Shown piece after piece: positions 14,585-27,317 of a stretch of DNA of 64,000 bases. The notes under the pieces are model-generated. The model was not told where the DNA came from, ran no database searches, and saw only the letters and a list, made by a program, of their open reading frames with translations. A program made the translations under genes and the position numbers. The stretch comes from Octopus vulgaris. Its lineage: Eukaryota. The stretch is from the NCBI GenBank assembly GCA_951406725.2, contig OX597834.1, forward strand, positions 22,072,001 to 22,136,000, written 5' to 3'. Every line of letters starts with the position of its first letter. Positions within the stretch are counted from its first letter, which is position 1.

Positions 14585-15051
14585 TCTATCCACTCAGTCA
14601 AAGTCGACTCTCGGTCACTCATTCGATCAGTGTCCCCCAGTCAGTTCTATCCTGGGCTGCTTCTTTCAGATTGGCTATGTCCATTCTGGTATCACTCTTG
14701 ATGGTGTCAAGCCAGCGGGTTCTTGGTCGGCCTCTTCCTCTCTTGCCACTGACCATTCTGAGCATGATGTCCTTCTCCAGGGATTTTCTCCGCATAATAT
14801 GACCGAAATATGCCAATCTATGCTTTGTGATCCTAGCTTCTGGCGACATTTTCGGCCTTATCTGCTTAAGAAGTTCTCCATTGGTGAGCCTCGCTGTCCA
14901 TGGAATCCGCAAAAGTCTTCTCCAACACCAAAGCTCGAATGCATTAATTCTCTTCTGGTCAGCTTACTTTAGTGTCCAGGTCTCGCATCCATATGTTGTT
15001 ATTGGGAAGACAATTGCATTCACCAATCTGCATTTGGTAGCGAGTCTGATG
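14585..15051 (-). mobile_element. RTE-BovB-like LINE 3' fragment
   Basis: Minus frame TKCRLVNAIVFPITTYGCETWTLK*ADQKRINAFELWCWRRLLRIPWTAR...YFGHIMRRKSLEKDIML..GKRGRGRPRTRWLD follows the BovB ORF C-terminus motif by motif; contains in-frame stops. Confidence 0.92.
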
Positions 15052-16504
15052 ATAGGAGTCTCATTATTTTACTGCCCAAACCCCTGCTCCCTAAGGATGA
15101 AATGCTAGGTCTACCTTAACAGGAATTTATCTGAGAATTTAAAGCACATCCAGCCATTTGAAAGCAGGTAGACACATTGGATGATGGGTACCTGGGTGTC
15201 TACATGTGCTGTACATAGGTATCTACCTGTGGTTTACCTAGAAATCCCCTTGTGGTTCACCTAGATACCCCTGTTTATGCACCAAGGTACCCCTTGAGGG
15301 CACTAAGGGTCACGGCTCACTGTTTGAAATCCAATGATCTACACAATTGCTAGTCTTGCTAGAAACAGCAGCCAAATTTGTGTGTTTGTGTTTGTCCCTC
15401 TAGCATTGCTTGACAACTGATGCTGGTGTGTTTACGTCCCTATCACTTAGCGGTTCAGCAAAAGAGACCGATAGAATAAGTACTGGGCTTACAAAGAATA
15501 AGTCCCGGGGTCGATTTGCTCTACTAAAGGCGGTGCTCCAGCATGGCCGCAGTCAAATGACTGAAACAAGTAAAAGAGAAAGAGAAAGAGTGTCTTTGTG
15601 CCTCCTTGTCTTAATGTCATGATAGTTGTAAATGAGCACCCCTGTCGTTCAAGCGGTGTCATTTGGTGCCAGTCTTTCATGAAAATATGAGGAAAATATT
15701 ACCTTGTTCGGAAAACAGGTGAGAGACAAAAGCTGGCAACAGGAAGGGCATCCAAGCCATAGAAATCTGCCTTGCGGTTTCCATCCGACCGACCCTTGAA
15801 AGCATAGAAACGGCAAACATTAAAACAATGACGACAATGATGACGGAATTAAAACTGTTTCAGATCCTAAAAAAAGAAAGCCATGAGCACTTGTAACGGT
15901 CCTGCCATCCAAACGACCATTCTTTTATAATAATGGAGTAATCCTCTTGGAATAATAACATCACATTATTTATGAAAAGAAGAAAAAAAAAATGAAAAAG
16001 TGAAAAAGTGAAAAAGAAAGCATGAAAATTCCAAATTCTTTATTAGTTTTGGTATTGGGTTAATGAAATGGAGGATGCTTCTATCCAGAACATTTTGGTA
16101 GTTTTTGCAGTTTTGCAAGAATCTCTAGTGGCTTTCAAAACAAATCTTTATTCTTCATCTCATTCTTCTTTCTTATTCTTAATCTTGTTATGCAAATTTC
16201 TTTCATTCTTTCTTTCTTTCTTTCTTGTTTTCCCCATCAGATCTCCATCTTGCCCTCATTCTTTTCTTCCTTCTTATCTATTTTTTTCTTTCTCTCTTTC
16301 CTTTGTTTCCTTCTTTCTTTCTCTCTTTCCTTCGTTTCTTCTCTCTTTCTTTCCTGCTTCCTTCCTTCTTTCCTTCCTTCTTTTTGACTTCATCTTCAGA
16401 TTCCTCTTTTTATTTTTTCTTCCTTCTTCCTACGACCCTTCATTCCTTCCTCTCTCTCTCTATCTCTGTCCCTCTTCCTCTCTCTCTCTCTCTCCCTCTT
16501 CCTA

Positions 16505-16536
<32 letters not shown>

Positions 16537-17001
16537 CCTTATTTCCTTTCTCCCTCTCATCCTCTCTTTCATTCAATCTTGTTTTTGCCTTCTCCATCTG
16601 ATCTTTTCTTCTTTTTCATTTTCATTCTCATTCTTCTGTCTTTCTATCTCTTTTCCTTCTTTCTATCCCCCCCTCTCTCTCCCTCGTCCCCTCTCTTCCA
16701 CCTGTTAAAGTCTTTATTTCAATTTGATGATGAGAATCAGATAACTTAATCACAGACGCAAAAGTCCTATCTGCAACTTTTAAAAAACCAATCATAGCAT
16801 TAAATAAAATAAAATAAAATAAAAATAAATAAAATAAAACAAATAACTATATATAAATATATAATAAACAAGTAAACGAATAAAAGTTTATAAATAAGTT
16901 AAACAGAAATACAAGGAAATGGGTTTTAGATTTTCTTGCCATAGCGGCAATAAGAAGCAAAAACGGTTTGAAAGCCAGAACTGCTGTGAGCATTGTGTTC
17001 T

Positions 17002-17022
17002 AAATAATAATAATAATAAGAA

Positions 17023-17076
<54 letters not shown>

Positions 17077-17171
17077 TGATGATGATAATAATGATAATGA
17101 TAATAATGATAATTATAATGATAATGATAATAATAATAGTAATAATAATAATAATAATGATAATAATAAGG

Positions 17172-17207
<36 letters not shown>

Positions 17208-17245
17208 GTGATGATGATGAGGATGGTGATGATGATGATGATGCT
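17002..17245. repeat. (AAT/GAT)n trinucleotide tract
   Basis: Directly visible. Confidence 0.97.
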
Positions 17246-17806
17246 TACAGGTGTCGAGAAGGCACTTGACATGAAATGGAAACAAAACAGAAAGAAGAAA
17301 AATAATAATAATAATAATAAATATTGTAACTTGTAGAAGAGGAAGAAAAAAAATTATCCAATAATAATAATAATAATAATAATAATGGTGGTGGTGGTGG
17401 AGGGGATGATGCAGGTGGTGGTGGTGGTGGTCGTCGTCATGGTAAAGATGATAATGATGGTGATGATAGTGGTATCAATGACAACTTGTTCAAACTGATT
17501 GTTAGTTGATAAGAATTTCCAGCTAAAGTTCACTAAGTCAATCAATTGGAAGATTATTTACTTATATACGGAAGACAAAGACGGAGCGGAGAAAAGATTG
17601 CGGTTCCTGGGGTTTTGCTCTTTTTGTTCTTTCTTTTCTTTTCTCTTTTTGCTTTGTATTTTAATTTTTTTATTAATTTATTTGTTTTGTTTTGTTTTGT
17701 TTTTAATTTTGGGGTCATGTTGATTTTGATTGGCTCTGTTGGAGAGAGAAAGATTGGTAGATAGGTAGGTAAGTAGAGAGAGAGAGTGAGAGAGACAGAC
17801 AGACAT

Positions 17807-17841
<35 letters not shown>

Positions 17842-17857
17842 TGTAGGTAGGTATGTA

Positions 17858-18088
17858 GGCGGCGAGCTGGCAGAAACGTTAGCACGCCGGGCGAAATGCT
17901 TTGCGGTATTTCGTATGCCGCTACGTTCTGAGTTCAAATTCCACCGAGGTCGACTTTGCTTTTCATCCTTTCGGGGTCGATTAAATAAATACCAGTTACG
18001 CACTGGGGTCAATATAATCGACTTAATCCGTTTGTCTGTCCTTGTTTGTCCTCTATGTGTTTAATCCCTTGTGGGTAGTAAAGAAATA
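17858..18088 (+). mobile_element. SINE family B
   Basis: Near-identical to 10408-10638. Confidence 0.9.
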
Positions 18089-18236
18089 GGTGTGTAGGTA
18101 GAGACAGACAGACAAATAGTAAAAGACTTGTTCTATTTCTTTTCCTGAGTGCCATACTAATACATTTGTTTTGTTTGTACTCCACCTGCCTTTGTCTTTT
18201 GTTTATTTTCGTAAACCTTCCCGTTATATATATATA

Positions 18237-18595
18237 CTAGCAGTATCGCCCGGCGTTGCTCGGGTTTGTAAGGGAAATAACTATATAAGCATTTTTAGAG
18301 AGTTATAGCCAAAAAATAGCAAAAAAATGCATTAAAAATGGGAAAAAAATTATGGTAAATTCTTTTTTAAATCGTTGACTCATCGTAGACAATTTTTAGA
18401 TAATAGCGAAAAAAATGCATTAAAATGGAAAAAAATTATGGTAAATTTTTTTTTAAATCGTAGACGCGCGCTAATACCCAGAAGGGCTCGATATGAATCA
18501 CGACTATAAGATAGTTAAACTGCACCGCAAAATGTGGGAGTAGTTAGAAATCTAAATCGTAGGAGACAGACACACAACTTCACTTTTATATATAT
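18237..18595 (-). mobile_element. Non-autonomous Helitron
   Basis: Minus-strand 3' end has a cccgagcaacgccggg hairpin followed by CTAG|T; 5' end 'tatataaaagtgaagttgtg' is shared with 20186-20582. Confidence 0.8.
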
Positions 18596-19094
18596 ATACA
18601 CTTACTTACATACAAGCATATATACACACACATTCATATGCCATCCACAGAAATTCCCTTTTGTAATTCAAGCAATTGGCATTATCTCCCCTTCCTTTCC
18701 CCCCCTCCCTCCTCTCTCTCCCTCACCAATTCCATTGTTTACTTAGATATATCCAACAAGCAATCACTTGTTTCTTCTGAAAATCTTTCTCCCAATAAGT
18801 TTTAACATTAATAAATATCACATTATTTTCTTTCTATTTTTTTTATTCAATAATGTTTTGCATCTCAAACACTGATAGGGTCTTACCGATTCTATGTCAT
18901 TCTCTGCTAGACAGAAGACAGACAGCACTATGCGATTTACCTTATAATGTCTTCTAGCATATAATTCTACCATTCGCCAATATTAGTTCCTTTAACAGAT
19001 TAACCATTTGCCGACTGTTATCTTTTTTTTTTTTTTTTTTTTGGCTTTTTATTTCAATAATTATCCAAGAAAATATTGCCTGAAGGTTATAAAG

Positions 19095-19098
19095 TATG

Positions 19099-19138
<40 letters not shown>

Positions 19139-19335
19139 TCACGATAATAATAATAATAATAATAATGGCAATAATAATAATAATGGCAATAATAATAATA
19201 ATGGGAATAATAATAATAATAATGGCAATAATAATAATAATAATAATAATAATCATGATGATAATAATAATAATAAGAAGAAGAAGAAGAAGAATCATGA
19301 TGATAATAATAATAATAATAATAATAATAATCATG

Positions 19336-19370
<35 letters not shown>

Positions 19371-19596
19371 CATGATGATGATAATAATAATAATAATAAT
19401 AATCATGATAATAATAATAAGAATAATAATAATGATGATGATGATGATGATGATGATAATAATCATGATAATAATAATAATAATAATAATCATGATAATA
19501 ATAATAAGAATAATAATAATGATGATGATAATAATAATAATAATAAGAAGAAGAAGAATCATGATGATAATAATAATAATAATAATAATCATGATG

Positions 19597-19634
<38 letters not shown>

Positions 19635-19722
19635 CATGATGATAATAATAATAATAATAATAATCATGATAATAATAATAAGAATAATAAGAATGATGAT
19701 GATGATAATAATAATAATCATG

Positions 19723-19756
<34 letters not shown>

Positions 19757-19815
19757 TAATGGCAATAATAATAATAATACTGGTGATGTTGATGGTGATG
19801 ATGATGATGATGATG
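19095..19815. repeat. Long (AAT)n tract punctuated by CAT-GAT and AAG units
   Basis: Directly visible; source of the poly-N and poly-I pseudo-ORFs. Confidence 0.97.
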
Positions 19816-20185
19816 ATCTTATGGAAGTTTCTTTTATTCCATTTATGTTGCATTACTGGAATGAACACGGCGATTTTTGTAAAAGTATTAGCAGAATACT
19901 GATTCTAGTTTCTTGAGATACAGGAATGTGTGTGTGTGTGTGTGCGTAAATGTATGCATGTATGTATGTGTGTGCATGTAAGTATGTATGTATATGTATA
20001 TATGTATGTGCCTATGTATGTATGTCTGTATGTATGTATATGAGTGTATATGTATGTATATGCTGGTGTGCGTATGTGTATGTTTTGTGTGTATGTATAT
20101 GTTTGTATTTATGTATGTAATATATGTATATACGTAAATATGTGTGTGTGTAAGTATGTATGTATGTATAGCTATCTGTGCATCA

Positions 20186-20582
20186 TCTTTATATATAAAA
20201 GTGAGGTTGTGTGCTGTCTGTCTCCTACGATTTAGATTCCTAACTACTCCCACATTTTGCGGTGCAGTTTAACCAAAACCAGGTATCTTATAGTCGTGAT
20301 TCATATCAAGACCTTCTGGGTATTAGCGCGCGTCTACGATGAGTCTACGATTTAAAAAAAAATTTACCATCAATTTTTCCCATTTTTAATGCATTTTTGG
20401 CATATATAAGGGAAGTAACTCTCTAAAAATTTATTATTAAATCTCAGAATGTAAAAAGCTACAGTAACACCCCCCCCTTTATGGTTAGCCATATTGAGAT
20501 GGCTATTATACTTTACATCTCTAAAAATGCTTATATAGTTATTTCCCTTACAAACCCAAGCAACGCCGGGCGATATTGCTAG
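20186..20582 (+). mobile_element. Non-autonomous Helitron with complete termini
   Basis: A|TC...CTAG|T junctions, subterminal GC-rich hairpin (cccaagcaacgccggg), no TSD. Confidence 0.85.
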
Positions 20583-20719
20583 TACTTAATAAAAGTACTG
20601 TACAAATTTGTAGTGCTACTCATCAGAAACATAATTCCAAAAGAGTTAAGAGAAAGTTTGAAAATAAGAATACTGAGTCATGCCATTCCATGGATAAAGA
20701 GAGTCTCAGATGCCGATGT

Positions 20720-21332
20720 CAATGATAATGATAGCAACGACAGTGATGAAGATGACGATGATGATAACAACAATGACAGTAATGATGACAATGATTAGGT
20801 TGATAACAATGCTGATGATGATGATGATAACAATGATGACTGATGATGATGACAATGCTGATGATGATAACAATGATGATTATGATGACGATGCTGATGA
20901 CAACAATGATGATGATGACAGTAACAATGATGATGACAATGATAATGATAGTGACGAAGATGACAATGATGAGGATAACGATGACAATGATGATGATGAC
21001 AGTGACGATGATGATGATAACAATGACAATGTTGATGACAACGCTGATGATGATGATAACTGATGATGATGATAACGATGATAACTGATGATGATGACAA
21101 TGCTGATGATGATGATTATGATGACAATGCTGATTATGATGACAATGCTGATGAGTGATGATGATGACAACGATGATGATGACAGTGACAGTGATGATAA
21201 CGATGACATGACGCTGCTGCCGATGACAACGGTGATAATGCCGATGTTGTTGATGATGATGATGACGAGGAGGACAATGATACTGATAATAACAATGATG
21301 ATGATGATGACAGTGACGATGACCACGACGAC
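20720..21332. repeat. Degenerate (GAT/GAC/AAT)n tract
   Basis: Directly visible; the poly-Asp frame is broken by stops. Confidence 0.93.
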
Positions 21333-21737
21333 ATAATGCATTATCCTCCTTTTATTTCATACTCTTTAGGTGTTGAAACCAAATACAGACATACAACCAC
21401 ATACATACATACATACATACATACATACATCCATACATGCAGATATTGATATATTTACTCATATATATATATATACGCATAAATATACCTATATATGTTT
21501 CATGGTAGTCGTTGGTTGCGTTATCATTTTTTATACCTATTTTCCTGTGCTGGTGTGGTTTGGGATGCGACTCTTTGATGCAAGGTTTTATGTGGAGGCG
21601 GCATTCCTGGCGACAACACTTTCACTTTCACTCACCTCTTACATGTTCCTTGTGTACATACAGTAAAAACACCTGAAGTCACATGGTTTTGTGTGTGTGT
21701 GTGTGTGTGCATGCGTGAGTATATATTTATACATGCA

Positions 21738-21782
<45 letters not shown>

Positions 21783-21820
21783 TAAAAATACCTGAATTCA
21801 CATGGTTTTATGAGTGTGTG

Positions 21821-21865
<45 letters not shown>

Positions 21866-22698
21866 ATATAAATGTGTGTATGTGTATATATATCTGTGTG
21901 TGTGTGTATATACACCAATATATGTGTTTATACATATACACATACATAAGCTTTTATATATGCAAATATATGTATATGTGTGTGTGTGTGTGTGTATATA
22001 TGTGTGTGGGTGCATGCTTACACTTATGTATTTACATGCACATTTATATGTGTGTGTGCATGTATATACATATACACACACAGACACAATGCATATATGT
22101 ATATATACATATTTATATATATATATGTGTGTAAAACAAGGGTTTTACAAACACAGCAGTTCATCGTGGTAATCTTTATTCGTTTATTGATATATCGATT
22201 GGTTTTAGATCAATCACTCATTTTATTGTTTTATTTTTGTTTCGTTTTTTTTTTTTTATTCGTGTTTTTTTTTAGGTCGTTTTTTTTTTTTGGTCGTTTT
22301 TTTTTTCTTCTTTCCATTTCATTTTTAACATTAATGCTTGCGTTATCTAAAAAACGCGCGCAGCACTATTTTTTCAAGAACTCCTTAACAGTTATGGCAG
22401 CGACCACCATAACCATAACAACAACAACAACAGCAAAGAAATGAAATGAATAAAATATACAGAAAACAAAAAATAAACAAAACAAAAAAAAAAAAAATTG
22501 CGAGTTCGTTAAAGTACAAAAACACAAAGTACACATATACCTCAGTAACAAAAATATCATTAAACACCCCACCCCCCGCCTCCCCAAAATATACACAAAA
22601 ACCGATGCCATAATCCTCACCGAGGATTTTCAGATTGGAGGGAAAATAAATAAATAAAAAAATAACTTTATTATAAAGTGCACTTGATTTGTACTTAC

Positions 22699-22830
22699 CA
22701 TTATGTAAAGCGTAATTGTGTGTTTTGGGGGAGGTTTTTTTTATCATTTTATTAATTTTGTTTTGTTTGGTTTTTTTTATTTTATTTTTTTTATTAATAT
22801 TATTTTCTTAAGTAATGGCGGCCATATTTT
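22699..22830 (-). promoter_or_regulatory. Candidate promoter and first exon ending in ATG|GTAAGT
   Basis: YY1-like GCCGCCAT core on both strands (aatggcggccatatttt ~22814-22830); ATG at 22701-22699 directly followed by a consensus donor (22698-22693); local CpG retention; GC box ccccgcctcc near 22575. Confidence 0.4.
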
Positions 22831-23355
22831 CTGTCTTTTTCGAAAACAGAAAGAAAACGCGTTATTTTAAAATAGGTAGACTTAGAAATAGCCTAACTGC
22901 AACAATCAGAAATGGGGGAATTCAAGGTGGATTTAAGGTACATTGGGAGATAAAAAAACTTGTTTGTTTATTTATTTAGGGCTTTTTTTGCTTATTTATT
23001 CATTTATTTGGTTCTTTGTTGTTGTTGTTGTTTTCTAATGTTTTTTTTTTTAATGTTTTTTTGTTGTTGGTTTACTTGGTGAGGGTGAGATTAATCAGAG
23101 ACGTGTGTAGTTCTATATTTGTACGTCTAGAATTAAGATTTCTTGTAGCACGTGTGTATGTATACGGTTATTATGCTTATTATTATTATCATTATTATTA
23201 TTATTACCTGAAAATACTGTGACAGTTAATCAAATGCCTAGAGTTATCAAGATTAGCACAAAACTCAAGGAGTTTGAGTAAATTCTACAATATTCACAAG
23301 CAGCAGCAGTAGTAGTAGTAGTAGTAGTAGTAATACTAATAATAATAATAATAAT

Positions 23356-23388
<33 letters not shown>

Positions 23389-23679
23389 CCTTTCTGCTAT
23401 AGGCACAAGGCCTGAAATTTTGGGGGAGTAGGGTTAGATGATTACATCAACCCCCATCAACTGGTATTTATTTCATTGATGCTGGGAGGATAAAAGTCAA
23501 AGTCAGCCTCAGCGGAATTTGAACTCAGAATGTAAAGACAGACGAAATATCGCTAAGCCTTTCTCGTGCCTATATAGTAGAAAGTATGATTATTCTTCCT
23601 CATCATCATTAGTATTCATTGTCCATGCTGGTATGGGTTGGACGGTGTGACCAGGGCTTGTAAGCTGAGGGATGCCCTT

Positions 23680-24220
23680 CATCATCATCATCATCATCAT
23701 CATCATCGTTTAACGTCCGCTTTCCATGCTAGCATGGGTTGGACGGTTCAACTGGGGTCTGGCAAGCCCGAAGGCTGCACCAGGCCAGTCAGATCTGGCA
23801 GTGTTTCTACAGCTGCATGCCCTTCCTAACGCCAACCACTCCGAGAGTGTAGTGGGTGATTTTATGTGCCACCGACACAGGTGCCAGACGAGGCTGGCAG
23901 ACGGTCACGCTCAAATGGTGTTTTTTATGTGCCACTGACACAGGTGCCAGACGAGGCTGGCAGACGGCCACGCTCGGATGGTGTTTTTTATGTGCCACCG
24001 ACACAGGTGCCAGACGAGGCTGGCAGACGGTCATGCTCGAATGGTGTTTTTTATGTGCCACCGACACAGGTGCCAGACGAGGCTGGCAGATGGCCACGCT
24101 CGGATGGTGTTTTTTATGTGCCACCGACACAGGTGCCAGACAAGGCTGGCGAACGGCTACGATCGGATGGTGTTTGTTACATGCCCACAGCACGGGGCCA
24201 GTCGATGCGGTACTGGCTAA
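23680..24220 (-). mobile_element. SINE-like family C element (core ggttggcgttaggaagggcat, tail 'ggacgttaaacgatgatg') carrying an internal minisatellite
   Basis: Core and tail shared with 27670-27831, 35130-35280, 24770-25136 and 5955-6115. Confidence 0.75.
23864..24200. repeat. 63-bp minisatellite, 5 copies plus a partial sixth
   Basis: Unit starts at 23864, 23927, 23990, 24053 and 24116; each unit has a TGCCAG-6nt-CTGGC(A) hairpin. Confidence 0.95.
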
Positions 24221-24587
24221 TGCCAAAATCATTTAAAAATTTAATGTAAGACAACTTGAACAAGAACCAGTACAATCAGAATACTATTTGATGAGCTTTG
24301 CTATTGAAATTCAGGTATAAATTGTTGGAATGAATTCATCCAGGATTGATTTGTATATCTAAGATGCTTGCTTGATCAGAGATTTTTTTTCTTCTCCTCA
24401 GTTTTGGAAAGTTCCTGGCTGTGAATATTCCTTTCTCTTCTAGATTGCTTAATTTAATCAGAATCTGCCGGCTGGATAACTTCACTGGAATCCAGATTTT
24501 CTGCAGACATCTTGGAGCTGCTTTTTCTATTGATATTCTCCTCTGAATCAAAAGCTGTAACTGGCATATTGTCTGATGGTTCTCTCA

Positions 24588-24624
<37 letters not shown>

Positions 24625-24769
24625 GGCAAACTGGCAGAATAGATTAACATACTGGACAAAATACTTAGTATTTCATCCATCATTATGTTCTGAGTTCAAA
24701 TTACACCAAGGTAGACTTTGCCTGTCATTGCTGGCCTTGTGCCAAAATTTGAAACCAGTGTTCATCTTG

Positions 24770-25136
24770 CACACGATCACCTCTTCCAATGCCGCCTCCT
24801 TGCTCAAAAATTCCTTGTCTTGCAAGTTACTTGGTGACCCTGCCGATGCTGGTCCCATGTAAAAAGCGTCCAGTCCACACTGTGAAGTGGTTGCCATTTG
24901 GAAGGGAATCCAGCTGTAAAAACCATGCCAAAACTGACCTCACCTGTGCTGGTGCCATGTAAAAAGCACTCAGCCCACTCTATAGGGTGGTTAATGTTAG
25001 GAAGGGCATCCAGCTGTAAAAGCCATGCCAAAACAGACAGAAATCTGATGCAGTTTTCTGCCTGGCCAGCTCTTCTCAAACCATCCATCCTATGCCAGCA
25101 TGGAAGGTGGACGTTAAACGATGGTGATGAGGATGA
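24770..25136 (+). mobile_element. SINE-like family C element with a duplicated ~100-bp core
   Basis: The 'gctggt.ccatgtaaaaagc...ggaaggg.atccagctgtaaaa.ccatgccaaaac' block occurs twice. Confidence 0.7.
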
Positions 25137-25544
25137 GGCACAGGAGTGGCTGTGTGGTAAGTAGCTTGCTAACCAACCACATGGTTCCGGGTTCAGTCCC
25201 ACTGCGTGGCATCTTGGGCAAGTGTCTTCTGCTATAGCCTCGGGCCGACCAAAGCCTTGTGAGTGGATTTGGTAGACGGAAACTGAAAGAAGCCTGTCGT
25301 ATATATGTATATATATATATATATGTATGTGTATATGTTTGTGTGTCTGTGTTTGTCTATCTAGCATTGCTTGACAACCGATGCTGGTGTGTTTACGTCC
25401 CTGTCACTTAGCGGTTCGGCAAAAAGAGACTGATAGAATAAGTACTGGGCTTACAAAGAATAAGTCCCGGGGTCGATTTGCTCGACTAAAGGCGGTGCTC
25501 CAGCATGGCCACAGTCAAATGACTGAAACAAGTAAAAGAGAGTA
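25137..25544 (+). mobile_element. SINE family A, full length, young
   Basis: Reverse complement of 8511-8920 with few differences; lies directly after the GAT tail of the family C element. Confidence 0.9.
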
Positions 25545-25564
25545 TGATCATCATCATCATCATA

Positions 25565-26002
25565 GCTGTTACATTCTATATTGAGGTTTAGTGACAGCAA
25601 GTTGCCTCAAATCTCAAGAATCTTACCTAGGGTTCTTGCAGAGTGCAGGTTGGTTCTCTTCTACAGGTTGACAATGTAGAAGTCTCAATTCCAGTATCTT
25701 CCAACCTGTGAGATAGCCATTTGGATATTGTAAGAGTGCACCAATTACCACAAGAATAATTGTCATCTTAATCTCCAACAACCTCTTCCTCCCTCTGGTC
25801 CTGATATTTTTTTTTTCCCCATTTCTGTGGTATCCATTCTGTTAACATATGGCACTGCAAAGTCTGTTGATTTTGTCCTCTGTATTCATATCTGGCCTTG
25901 TTGCTTCAACAGTAAGTTCGGTCTTTAGGAGGAAGTCTCATGAAATCGTGTAATTTTTATTCTCCATCACAGCCTCAGATTTGTCTTCATATCTCCTCTT
26001 CC
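25565..26002 (-). mobile_element. R4/Dong-like LINE 3' fragment (restriction-like endonuclease domain)
   Basis: Minus frames give YEDKSEAVMENKNYTIS*DFLLKTELTVEATRPDM...DFAVPYVNRMDTTEMGKK.YQD...MTIILVVIGAL, i.e. the WDF / RPD / D-x-AVP / EK..KY / VIGAL motifs of RLE-type LINEs; frameshifted. Confidence 0.8.
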
Positions 26003-26177
26003 TCATCATCATCATCATCGTCATCATCATCATCATCATCAACATCATCATCAACATCATCATCATCATCAACATCAACATCATCATCATCATCATCAAC
26101 ATCATCATCATCATCATCATCAACATCACCATCATCATCAACATCATCAACATCATCATCAACATCATCAACATCAA

Positions 26178-26218
<41 letters not shown>

Positions 26219-26390
26219 ACATCATCAACATCATCATCAACATCATCAACAACATCATCATCATCATCAACATCATCATCATCATCAACATCATCAACAT
26301 CATCATCATCATCATCATCATCAACACCATCATCATCATCATCAACATCATCAACATCATCAACATCATCATCATCATCATCATCAGCAT
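26003..26390. repeat. (CAT/CAA)n tract
   Basis: Directly visible. Confidence 0.97.
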
Positions 26391-26819
26391 CATTATTTCT
26401 ATTAAGTCGCCGACCAGCTTACATCCAGCTTAGTGCTTTAGTGTTTTCTAGCAAGAATCTCCAGAGGCCTACGGATTAACTTTACCATTTTAGAAGCCAC
26501 CAGAATTTCCATCCTTAAACTAAAACTGTCAGAAGTAGGAGCGTTTCCTCCTAAGTTAATGCCTCTTTTACCATTTTCTCATAGACTTCTACTATCAACT
26601 ACAAAAACTCCTAAATACACACCCACACACACTTTCTATCCCCCTCCCCCACTCTTCTCTCTCTCTCTTTCTCATTTCTTTTGTTTTCTTGGCTTGTTTT
26701 CTTTTTTATTCTTTTGTGCTTTCCATTTTACTTTCTTTGTTTTGTTTTTGCTTAAGCTGTCATTCACATCTCTCTCTCTCTCTCTCTACACACACATATA
26801 TATCTATGTAGGTATATAT

Positions 26820-27049
26820 GCGGCGAGCTGGCAGAAACGTTAGCACGCCGGGCGAAATGCGTAGTCGTATTTCGTTAGCCATTACATTCTGAGTTCAAAT
26901 TCCGCCGAGGTCGACTTTGCCTTTCATCCTTTCGGGGTCGATAAATTAAGTACCAGTTGCACACTGGGGCCGATGTAATCGACTTAATCCGTTTGTCTGT
27001 CCTTGTTTGTCCCCTCTATGTTTAGCCCCTTGTGGGTAGTAAAGAAATA
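26820..27049 (+). mobile_element. SINE family B
   Basis: Near-identical to 10408-10638; flanking direct repeat ggtatatat. Confidence 0.9.
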
Positions 27050-27317
27050 GGTATATATGTTGTATGTATGTATGTATGTACATAGGATTAAGGTTTCAGT
27101 TCCTGGATTGGGCGATGCATTGTATTCTTGAGCAAAACACTTCCTTTGACGTTGCTCCAGTCAACTCAACTTGAAGAAATGCACAACCCTGTGACAGACT
27201 GATGTCCTACCCAGGGTGGGGAATATATGCACCACACAATCCAGGAAACTGGCCTTATGAGCCTATGGCTTGGGAAGGGCTGTTGATCCTTTTCACACAC
27301 ACACACACACACTTTAG

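Noticed and set aside
18887-18906. Minus-strand mini-exon as exon 2 after ATG|GTAAGT
   Set aside because: 17 or 20 nt long and gives an in-frame TAG when joined to the ATG.
18954-19916. 300-aa poly-Ile and poly-Asn ORFs, and all [12 protein letters not shown]/poly-Met ORFs
   Set aside because: Translations of microsatellites that lack stop codons by composition; no domain content or splice context.
21635-21673. Minus-strand exon with an AG|GTGAGT donor
   Set aside because: The donor lies in a decayed SINE-like remnant, and the acceptor lacks a pyrimidine tract and is locally duplicated at ~21780.
23864-24200. CRISPR-like or repeat-protein reading of the 63-bp array
   Set aside because: Units are contiguous near-identical repeats with no unique spacers, there are no cas genes, and the array lies inside a SINE-like element in eukaryotic DNA.
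24336-24590. Short ORFs with protein-like composition
   Set aside because: No splice signals and frames are broken; at most a heavily decayed LINE fragment that cannot be assigned.
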